A DNA stretch of 54,048 nt, filler included, from Sphacelaria rigidula (taxonomy: Eukaryota): NCBI GenBank assembly GCA_964200075.2. It is 2 parts of 2 records of this genome, joined end to end, with 100 filler letters (N's around TTAATTAATTAA, not from the genome) between each part and the next. Parts side by side here need not be neighbours in the genome. Positions count along the whole stretch, not along the records: positions 27,091 to 54,048 come from CAXNAA020000126.1; 1 more part is not named here. One strand, given 5' to 3'. Below the pieces are notes generated by a model. The model was not told the origin of the DNA. It made no database searches and was given only the letters and a program-made list of their open reading frames with translations. This document shows positions 26,991 to 37,364 of this stretch, piece after piece. How positions within the stretch are numbered: the stretch's first letter is position 1; every line of letters begins with the position of its first letter. Made by a program: the position numbers and the translations under genes.

Positions 26991-27090
26991 NNNNNNNNNN
27001 NNNNNNNNNNNNNNNNNNNNNNNNNNNNNNNNNNTTAATTAATTAANNNNNNNNNNNNNNNNNNNNNNNNNNNNNNNNNNNNNNNNNNNN
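26991..27090. other. Artificial scaffold/pseudomolecule spacer
   Basis: Exactly 100 nt: 44 N, then TTAATTAATTAA (27035-27046, stop codons in all six frames), then 44 N. Confidence 0.95.
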
Positions 27091-27152
27091 ATGGATAAAA
27101 GGTTCCTTCCTGTCTTCTGGGGACAAAAAAAAAAAAAACTGATCTAGGGCTT

Positions 27153-27995
27153 AATTTCCAATCGTACCTTATCTGGGCCACCAGTCGACCCAGAAAGTAC
27201 CTGTCCTGGGTCATCGCTTCCCACACTGTACCTGATGCGGCACACTACGCGCGAGGGAATCCGCGCGCCAACTCCAGTCATGGTGCCCAAACATTCGGCT
27301 CTTTTCCCGCCCATTTGCCGTTCACGAACGCCATAACGACCACACCCCTTTTTCCCCGGGAATGGTCCCCGAGTCTCTCCGCATCGACACAATAAACTGG
27401 CCGTACAGTTCACCACTTGGGAGGGTGAGTAGCTCTGAGTTAGTTCGACTTGATTTTAGTGTGGATAGCGAAATCCGGAATTTGACTGAGGTACACTAAC
27501 CTCACAACTGGACTCACAGCTCACAACGCGTCGGTCTTCGGCGCTTGCGGAGTGTTACTATATAAAATATCGTTCCGTTGCGATCTGGGGCTGGTGCCAT
27601 GTTCCATATTAGAGGTATCTCAAACTCGGTTCCCGGTTTCCTGGTTTATTCGCTGACTTTGGGTTTTGTACACTATTTTTTCAAGTGAAAGTGATGGCGA
27701 TTCATAGGAGGATCTAACCTGACGGTTGAAAGGGTTACTTGAAAAAATAGTACAAAACAAACCAGGAAAACGGGACCCGAGTTCGAGATACTTCTAGTAA
27801 CATGTGGTCGGTGTGGCGTTCGTGAACGGCAAATGGGCGGGAAAAGAGCCGAATGTGCGGGCGTCATGGCTGGAGCTGGCGCGTAGATTCCCTTCCGCAT
27901 AGTGTGCCGCATCAGGTACGGTGTGGGAAGCGATGGCCCAGGAACGGTACTTTCTGGGCCGACTGGTGGCGCAGATAGGTACGATTGAAAATAAT
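27153..27995. mobile_element. Foldback-type element with ~190-bp inverted arms and nested insertions
   Basis: Arm ~27153-27344 is the imperfect reverse complement of ~27803-27995 (cattcggctcttttcccgcccatttgccgttcacgaacgcca / tggcgttcgtgaacggcaaatgggcgggaaaagagccgaatg). Confidence 0.8.
27612..27794. mobile_element. MITE family C, copy 1 (TIR GAGGTATCTCAAACTCGG), TA-flanked
   Basis: gaggtatctcaaactcggttcccggtttcctggttt ... aaaccaggaaaacgggacccgagttcgagatacttc, with TA on both sides; second copy at 52649. Confidence 0.8.
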
Positions 27996-29469
27996 TCCTA
28001 TATCAGGTACACTTGGCCGAAATTTGGCCTAGAAAGGGAGAGTGGTTGGAATAGGCGAGATACGTCCTTCTGCGCATGGCCATATCTCGCGTGTAACATG
28101 TTTTTTCTCTGTTTTTTTTCGAGGCCCGGGTGCCGAAGAGCCTCCCGATTGCTGTGCGTGAAAAATTCGGAGCGAAATCGGTCTGGAGTGTGTGTTTTGC
28201 TGTTTTCGCGTTTCTGTTTATTTTTCGTACCTTTCTCAGGTGTAATACGAGAGGATATACCTTTTCTAGATTATGGTCAATTTTTTCTCCTCTCTTGAGA
28301 GTTTTGATCGAATACTGTTGAGGGCGTGCTACAGATAAATATTTTGCTTTTCTGCTGTGGAAGATTTACCGCCTTCTGTCGACCGCAACACTTTGCGCTG
28401 CTGGATCATACATCGGGTGTATGTTTGGCGAGGTAAAAGGAGACCTGTGCTGAAGCTTGAGGGTCCGCGCACTGCCGCAGGACAACACGTCGGTAACTGT
28501 TGACATGTTTTGCCTCTTGTCGTTCTTCTGTAGTACTCGTGTTTCATTTTTTTTTAAACATCGTTGTCTGTTTTATTATTTCTTATTTGGTTTATTCTGT
28601 TTTAGTTCTTCTCTGTTCCTTTTTTTTCCCGTTTTCCTCATGCTTCGTTTTGTTGCTGTTGGTATTCATGTTTCTTCTTATTTCCAGTTTACTTACTCCC
28701 TTTGTTTGATACGTTTTTTTTTCTACATGTTTTTTTTACACTTTTCCACTAACACTTTGCTTCTCTTCAGCGAATATTTTCCGTTTGATTTCACCTCGGG
28801 TACATCTATCTTGTGGATACTGACTACGACTGGATCTCTCGGGGAATCGGTGAATGTGCGACCATCGAAACTTCACCGACATATAGCAGTCCGGTGTGGA
28901 TGACACGATCATGAGATGAGCTTCTCTCGCACAAGCTCTACCGCGACTATTTAATGAAACCTCCTTTCCGCAGTCAATTCAATCAAATCAAATCTTCTCC
29001 ACAAAACCATGAAATGGATCATGGTTGGCTTCGCCATTTATCATACCTCTCTGCATACCCATGACACCCCTTGTCCTGTTGAGGGGATTGTACTGTAGGT
29101 GATTCTAACGACAGTTGTTACCGCGGGTACTGCCGGACTCTCAGCGCTTTTGGAGGACTAGAAAGTCATACTCTAGAGCACGTAGTACCGCAAGTACTCT
29201 GAAAATCGGGGTACCTGGAGTACTACACCCTGAGGCAAGCAGCAAATGAGTACTTCCCCCCCAGCCCCCCCTTCCTCCTCCTCCCTTAAGCCTGTCCACT
29301 TGGAATCCACCTGGGGGGGTTCAGGTGTTTCAACCCTTTAGGCGCCCAGTGACCAGATAGCTGCCTATTTTCCGGAGGGTTCGGGATATCTTCTTCGGGG
29401 GGAAAAGATACCGCCTACGCAAAGACAGGCGGGCTGGGCGTGAGCCGTTCATTGGACGTTTCTACACCA

Positions 29470-29775
29470 GCCGCGCCCCGATGGTGTTAGGGTCCGACTG
29501 TCATCATAGGGTTCGATTCCCGATGCGTTTGGTTTTTTCTTCGTTAATGTCTGATTTCCACAGTAAAAAGCGTGAGAACGTGAGTAAACGAAGTAGTCGA
29601 CTGAGTTTGTTTGACGTGAGTTGACGCGGTGCGGCGGTGCTGATAGTCATGACCCAACCCGCGAGACCAAAATGCAAGGTGTGCGCCGGGGAGAGATGGG
29701 TTGATCCCTTGAGACCACGCACTCATCCCGAGGAAGAGCAGGGGTTCAAAGTGCGACAAACACACACACACACAC
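29470..29775 (+). mobile_element. tRNA-derived SINE-like element, family B, copy 2
   Basis: Pol III B-box GGTTCGATTCC at 29510-29520, a degenerate A-box upstream, the shared family body, and a (CA)n tail at ~29760-29775. Confidence 0.7.
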
Positions 29776-30800
29776 GCGCGCGCGTCGACTTTCCTCGTGC
29801 ATAACCACGAGTAGCAGCAAATGCTGACGATTGCAGGCCACTGTGAGCGATGATCGCGCCACCCGTGCATGTGGTAGTATGCCATATACGGAGGTGCGTT
29901 GGGCTGTAGCCATCGTGTCGCAGACGCTTCGCCTTTTGGCAGACACACGCTGAGAACGGATGCGTGAAAAGCAAAGACGGGGAACAGGAACCCCAACCCG
30001 CTCGTTCCACCGTCGAGGGAAGATGTTGCAACATAATTGGCCAGAAACTCAGACCCGAGGAATTCGGTTTGGTACCTACCCGTCATAGTAGCAACCGTTT
30101 ACGTCCACGCTATTGCCATTCTCCAAAAACCGGCGGGATCGTCGAACGTCGGATTCTCGGTTTGATTAGGCCACATCGTCTGTAGGGTTGAGGGGTTAAC
30201 CTCTTGGGCGATGACGCCACACATAGGCGCTAGATCGACCACTGTACACGGAAAACGAAACACATCGTTTGGCCACAACGGGTGCAATGAGTTGTTGTCT
30301 TTACCGTGAAAATCGTTCCGATATCTGCGCAGTATTCCGTACTGAGCGTCTTACGCGGACGCCTCTCATGGTCAGAGCTTAGCTGCCCAAAATAAGGTAT
30401 AAGAAAAAAATAATGAGAAAAAATAAATATATATATATACGTATGATCCACAAAAGTTGACGTAAACGCGATGCGCAATAAGATATATAATGCTTACTTC
30501 AAAGGTCCCGAGGCAGCAGGCGACCGTTCGGACGACTGGATGCAGAGCCCAACGTTCCCACTCGACACGCGAGACCGAACACGGATGGAGTCAAACTCAG
30601 TAACCAAAAATCACCAACTGAAGCAAAAGGAATCGCATGGTTCTATCCTTGTACCTCTAGAGGGACATCCATATGCAAAAAATATACTAGGTATTAGAAG
30701 AAGGAGGCCATTAACAACACATTGGAAGGCAGGAAGTAGGAAAATACATGGGGGGATGGTGGAGATTCCTTCTATCCCGCCATGTTCACTTCACTATATA

Positions 30801-31707
30801 TTTCCTCTGTCTCATAAGTCTGTGCCGAATTGCGCATGAATTCGTTTGGGTACTTACACGTTGACGTTTAACCTTTGGTTCGGTGCGTTAGAAAGGCGAA
30901 ACACATACAAAGCCGACTAAAACAAAAAAAATCGAAGACCGTGTTACACACTAAAATTAGGTCGAAATATGCCCATTTTGGCCCTTTTTTGAGATTTTTT
31001 CGAGAACTCGTGAGATAATTCGTGATTACCACCCCAAACCCATCCCACACACACTACAAACGATGGTTACGCCCCCAATTATCCCCCCACCTCACCCCAA
31101 GGGCGGCGAGCTTTCAGTGGACCGCCGCATGGCAAATGTAGTGGAGGTTGCGCTGGCTATTCCCCGACACCAACAGACACTTTTTTTGCTCCGCAAGTGT
31201 CTTGGTTTTAGGGTAGGCCCCCCAAGTGTATTGGTTTTAATGTGGGAACCCAAGTGTCTTAGTTTTAGTGTGGGTTCACTATTATACTGGTTTGAGTATG
31301 GGGGACCCAACATGGATCGTTGAGTAGAGGGGGGTTGGGTTCGGGTCCTACTGTTGTTGTTTTTGCCCCGCAAGTGTCTTGGTTTTAGTGTGGGGTCACT
31401 ATTTCACTGGTTTTAGTATAGGGGGAGTTAGCGTAAAGGTTGGGATAATTCTTGTGTTTTTTGGGGAGGTTTACGCTAAGTGCCCCACCCACCGCCCCCC
31501 TGGAAGGGAACAAAATATGGCCGTTTTGGGGCCGACTCAATGTTTTCCGGCCCTCCGGCCGCATGGTTTAAGCACAAGCTGAAGAAAAAAAAAATGGATT
31601 TCAACCCAAAAAACGCTCAAGATTTCGAAAAAATTCGCGCCGAAGGCATCGGACACGGTCAAGAGGCCGTAAAATCAACTCGGCACAGACTTATGAGACA
31701 GAGGAAG
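30801..31707. mobile_element. Stowaway-like (Tc1/mariner-type) non-autonomous element with TA target-site duplication
   Basis: TA|tttcctctgtctcataagtctgtgccgaattg ... caactcggcacagacttatgagacagaggaag|TA; internal ~28-bp tandem units ccaagtgtcttggttttagtgtggg at ~31190-31425. Confidence 0.8.
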
Positions 31708-32612
31708 TATATATATGGCTATATGTTCTGCCATCTCGCTCCTGCTCTCCTCGGCCGCATTGGTACCCTCACCTTGAACCTTCCTTTGCTTCCCCCCCTT
31801 TTTCCCCCTCCCCCCCCCCCCGCCACCCTCCTCTAATCCAATTCCCAAGTGTTGGGGAGGAACGAGCGTGCTTATGGAACAGGGCACACACGAATACTGA
31901 GTAGTAGGTCATAGGAGTACGTGACCTCGCGCTGTCAAGTCATGCTGTGGCTGCTGTTGTGTCGAGATTGTTGTCTATGCTGGAGCGAGGTCATGGCGAG
32001 GCCTTGCGCGTACGCCTTCAAGCGCTGCTACAGCCATACTTGTAGGCAACGGCTGTCGCTCTCTCAGTGAAGTTGATACCGCCACCCCCAGGGGAGTGGG
32101 TCGGTTTGTTTCTCTTGCGCTCTTGGTAGTAGTGTTGTCGACACGGTACTTGTCAGCTCCGAGAAAGTCAGCGGCAAGTCATTTGATCAGTCCACCAGAG
32201 GAAGACTACCCTCCAACTGTGCTGCACTACTGTACCACTCGCCATGCCTCATCACACGACAGACTATTGCTGTAAATGTGCTTCCGGCAGCGTTTCCCCA
32301 TAGTCTTCAATCTTCGCACGAGGTCACCTGCTTGCACAAAAGACCGCGACTGCAATGGCACAAGGCGCCACCTTCGGGAAAATGTGGCGTATAAACACGT
32401 CAAACGATTGTGCTCGATTTCTGTGGGCAGTCCCAGAGTTCCATCGGCGCCCCTCTAGACCCATGTGCATGGCCGATCTGTGACAAATCTTGATTTCTAT
32501 TTCGTGTACGGTTGAGGAAAGAGTATAGCCGGCGTAAACCTGGCGTGGAATACACCCTGGTCTAGCAGGGGTACATTGGATAGAGCTATGTGTTTTCTTT
32601 TTAGGACATTTT

Positions 32613-32920
32613 ACCTCTTGGGATGGTGAGAAATTTCCCAGAAACTCATGACTTCGAACATACTATAACACCAACACTAACCCTAACCCCAACGAAGGCA
32701 CACCGAGAACCCTCGGGCAAGGGGGTGGAGAGAGTTACATCGGCAAAGGGTGCGTTGCCAGACCTCCACTCGGCGCCCCAGGCGCCGATTTCGACCAAAA
32801 CGCGTTCTGCGCAAGCTAGGAGCACGCTTGGAGCATAGCCCCATTAAATATCCAGATTTTTGCTGTTCACTCCAAAATCAAGTCGAACTATCTGAGAAAT
32901 TTCTCACCATCCCAAGTGGT
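32613..32920. mobile_element. MITE family D (TIR ACCWCTTGGGATGGTGAGAAATTTC)
   Basis: ~25-bp near-perfect inverted termini; a diverged partial copy lies at ~27408-27553. Confidence 0.75.
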
Positions 32921-35900
32921 GAACTCCACTGTTGTTTTCCAGTCTTGTGATACTGTATTTGATTCTTGATTTTGGTTTTATTTCTGCTTGGCTCACGTGT
33001 CGGGTGGGAGCGTTGGGCTCTATCTAACTCCTTTGACCCGAATGGTTGCCTGCGTCACTGAATCTTGTGAAGTTATAGTCATTTCGTCTCACTGAATCAC
33101 GCCCTTGTTACTGCAGTTAATTTATTCCATTTGATTTCCTCATACCGTGTACCCCACTTTGAGTAATCGTACAGTAGTTAGGCTCTGTCCATGGAAGGCG
33201 TCTCCCCTAGATGCCGAGCACAGACGTGAAAGAGTAAGCACGGCGCAGGTACCAGAGCGGCTTTTGAAGTGAAGACACGACCAACAACACGGTCTACGAT
33301 TCACCTTGCTTGCAGTATGATCCATACGTCAGTCGAACACCCCATACGCGATTTCAAAGGGGCAGATCATCGGTAATATTATTCCGAAATGAATCCTAGA
33401 GCCGAAGGGACCACGGACCACCAGCCACCGGACATGAATGAACCGGCACACCATCCAGCGGCGTAATGCGTAATACATTACTTAAGAGACACTGAGGATT
33501 TTGAGGGTTGTTTTCCGCGGTACGTACCATCACGCGGGCGCACACATGTGCGCACCCAACATCACACAAGAAGTCGACAACAACATTGTTACATCACCGT
33601 TCATGATTCACATTGTCGATGTTGAACAGGGAATAAAACACAGGTCCATTCGCGCGACTGCTGTATGGACGGTCATCTACGTTGGGTTGAATTTGGCCGT
33701 CCACCATTTGGCACGCCGACACATGTTCCACGCACAACTACATCATCCCCCCGCCCTTGCACAAGATACGGAACTATCTATGCCGCACTCTATAGTGCAT
33801 CGACGATGTTGTGCTCGACCGCGTAACACTTGTCTCGCGTATATGGGTTCCGCTTCGGCCCCAAGAACAGCTTTGAGCATGGACTTGAACATTTGGGCAT
33901 GCGTACCCCTCGCTGGTACTCGTACTTGTACAGTACAACAACAGTACCGTATTTGGTGAAAAAAAACACAACACAACGCATGCGTTCGTTGCCGAGGTAG
34001 ATAGATAGATAAATAGATAAGGAAAGAGAGCGCGCGCGCGAGAGAGAGAGAAAGAGTGGGAGAGTAGGAGCAGCGCACCACGGAAGGCGAGGCGAGTGGT
34101 GAGCAATGTGCCTTACTCGTACCACGCTACAAGTCCGCCTTGTATCCGCTTTGCCTGTGTATTTAATTCCTCTTTACTGACAACCTCGGATAACCTGATT
34201 TTGCTGTGCTTCACTGTCTGAACTGAACTGCCGCACTGTCGCTACTGAGGTCAAGCTTTAGTCCATCGGAAACTACGGCACCGATACCGTAGGTGATTTG
34301 GCTCTTGCATTCAGATGAAGAGATCATCTTGACATCTCTGGATGTTCCGGGGGATGCAAGGATTATCTTTGGTTCTGAGAAAATCAAAAGTGACACACAA
34401 GTCACTCGGGGGTGGTATACTACGTAACCGATGCTACATGCCCGATACATCTTCAAATCCCACCCCACCTTTGAATCCGCTCCGCCCTCCTTCCCCTGTT
34501 TCCTCCACTAGATGGCTACCGCAGCCGAACCTCTTCAATGTACGTCCCTGCACCAAAAATACTTTCCCGATCAAGCTCCTATGCCAGCAGCGGCTAAGGT
34601 ACAGAAATATGCAACACAACAAATGGTACAATCTGCAGTACAGCAGGAGAGTGATGTTTACGCCATTAATGTTCCGAGATCAGTCATAATGGTTGCGCGA
34701 TGACTATTTCTCTTCTATTCCAAGATATACACAACGTTTTGACGCGAGCTCAAATCTGTCGAATCTTGTGGTTCCCTCCTGTTATGCGTTCGTTCTTGAT
34801 CTATTGTGTAATATTATTATGTGTTATTCCTTCTGCGATATGTGTGCTTAAGATTTATTAAATATCGATCGTCCACAACAGCGCAAGGCAGCGGTGCAGT
34901 TCAGTACGGCCCATATCCAAGTCACGAACTGCGGGTCTGGAATCAAGAAGAAACTGCTATTTTCCTGCGTAATGACCAAAACACGGAACATGCCTACGCG
35001 TCACCAGCCGTTAGGAAGGAGTTATCGGGACTTCCAATGGAAAGAGGCTAAAAACCAAAGCAGTGACACGCAAGTAAACAATTGCTGCCTATTCTTGGAA
35101 GGAGAGACTAAAGCTGAGAGCCACAGAAGCCGACCCATCTCACATTGGGAAAAGCACTCTGGCGTGGCCCGTTACGATTGTTGGTGTGCTCAAGCAGAAG
35201 TGGGTGGTTCTTCGCGAGCTAATTGAAACGCAAGGTACGTTGGAAATGGGACGTCAAACTTTGGACGCAGGAAGAAAAAACGCGCGCTGGGAGGGTTGTT
35301 TTTTTTGTCTCGGTGGAAAGAGATATTTTGTCGGTTCTCTTGCTCAATGTCGCCAGAGATGGCAACTCTAAAAGACAGGGAGCTAGCAATGGATGACCCC
35401 CAAGAGAGAGGAAGCTGAAGTACGTTGTGTGTGTTTGTCATATTCGTGGTTGCTGTGAGCTGCAGAGGTTGGCTGCCTTGTGGTTGTGTGGAGAGCGGCT
35501 GCAAACCGTTTCTTATGTCCGTTGTGCATTTTCTTTGCTCCGGTAGTTTCGCATGAGAGCAGATGTTTGAGGTGCGATGTTTGGTTGCGCAGACGGTGGG
35601 CTGTTAGATATGATTGTACCGGCTCGGTAGACTGTGGTCGTAGCCTTTTGCGTCCATCTTCTTCCGCCTTTGCGAGAGGCCAGGAGTAGTTTTCGGCAGA
35701 TATCCATCCCTCTGTCACGCTTGGGACACGGCGAGAAACGGTCGCTTCCCTCTCAAGAGTGTTGGGCCGTCATTTCACGATCTGTTGAAATGATGCGAAG
35801 ATATTCGTCTTTTTATACACCGAGGAAGTACAGGCTGGCAAGAATGATGTTAGCGCCCTCAGAGGAGCTTGAAACATGCATCGTAGCTCCCAGCCTCTCT

Positions 35901-37364
35901 CGATCTCCTATTTATCTCTGAGTGGGGGCGCTGGGTATAGAGGAGAGGGTTGCACGCTTCATGAGTTGAAGAATGTGTGAAATCACATTCACACGGGCGT
36001 CAGGTCTGTAAATCCTACACTTGATTCTCCACTCTATCATAAACAGTGCTCGCGGTTTTTCACAACCGTTTTCACATTATCCCACCACACAACAGTCAGT
36101 ACAGTGGTAAATTGTGGGTACAGCTTACAAATACAGCGAGTTCTACTGACTGTTGCACAATGGCCCCCTACACTACATACCCCCCCCCCCCCCCTCCCGC
36201 CCCAAACAAAGAAATTACAACGTGCAAGTGTACAACACAAAGTACAGTACTTGTAGGCGGGCGGGTCCGTGTAGTTGCGCAAGCGTGTCATGGGCGAGAG
36301 AGCTCGAAAAGCTCGAACACGCTCATCACATACGTCGGTTCTTCGTGGGACAAGAGCCATGGTGCGTATATCGAAAGCATCGCGTACCTGATCTATTGAT
36401 CAGTCGTACCCACCCGCTCACTGCATGTGCAGTTGAGCACGTGCAGCAATGGATCGCCCGATGCGACACAACAACACAGTGGGGGTAAAGAAGCACCTAA
36501 CAGCGGCAGCGCGTATCATCGCCCGCTCTAGACCCATCATGAACACCCAATGGAGGCGCAACATTCAACCTTCGAACACCGTACATGCAGTCTCGAGCAC
36601 CCAGGAGGAATAATTACATCCGAGAACGAGGAAAAGTTCATGTCAGGTGTCTAATGTGATCCCAGTAAAGAGCCATTCTGCAGTATTCAGCACCCCCACC
36701 TGCCACCCGAACGATGACCATTGATAAATCATCATGATACAGCTCTGCCTCTTGCCCACTTCACGGCCCTGCGCTCGAGGCACTTCATGAACGAACGGTG
36801 TCTGTGGAGCGGCACGAATTCCAGGTGTTTACGTTGACGATAACGCATACGGTAATTGATAAAACCCTGTGCCGGACGGCACGCTTGAGCCAGGCAGGTA
36901 CAGCACTGTTGTATTTAGTGTGTGTGTTGCACTTCGGCCGTCTCTACTCCTTGATCTGTAAAACTGATCCCTCAGTACAGTACAATCATCGCAATATTCC
37001 GCTATTATGCTGATTATTAGAAGTCAGCGAGGTGTTTCCTCCGCGCTGTCACCTGGAGCACCCGTTGGTTTCCTTTTATCCGCATGATTTCCGCAAATGC
37101 GAACACTAACGTGATGCAACCCTGTCCTGCAACGTTTGTAAGTTTTAACAGTGCAGAACGGTCTCGTGTATATACGGAGCCTGTCGCGGGTAGGGGTCAT
37201 GTTGTAGGTACCACCTGCAATGCCTGTGTGCGTGCCTTGAGTCGAATATCGCGAGTCGTGAGACCTTGTCGTAGGTTTCGCGCCCTTGCGACAGAATATT
37301 ATGGTTGAAATAGTCGATGCCGTCCTGTCTGAAGAATGAACATGTTGGATTTATCTTCGCGTAC

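Noticed and set aside
27035..27046. TTAATTAATTAA between N runs as a biological motif
   Set aside because: It sits in a symmetric 100-nt spacer and gives stops in all six frames, so it is an assembly linker.
28457..28903. Hydrophobic Phe/Leu-rich ORFs (also 48421-48867) as membrane proteins
   Set aside because: They arise from T-rich low-complexity DNA.
29474..29530. Intact tRNA gene
   Set aside because: A B-box is present, but I could not form a full cloverleaf, and it is the head of a dispersed repeat.
31190..31425. CRISPR-like repeat array
   Set aside because: The units are degenerate and abutting, without unique spacers, inside a TIR element in eukaryotic DNA with no cas genes.
32675..32692. 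Telomeric repeat (ctaaccctaaccc)
   Set aside because: Only about two units, internal to a MITE.
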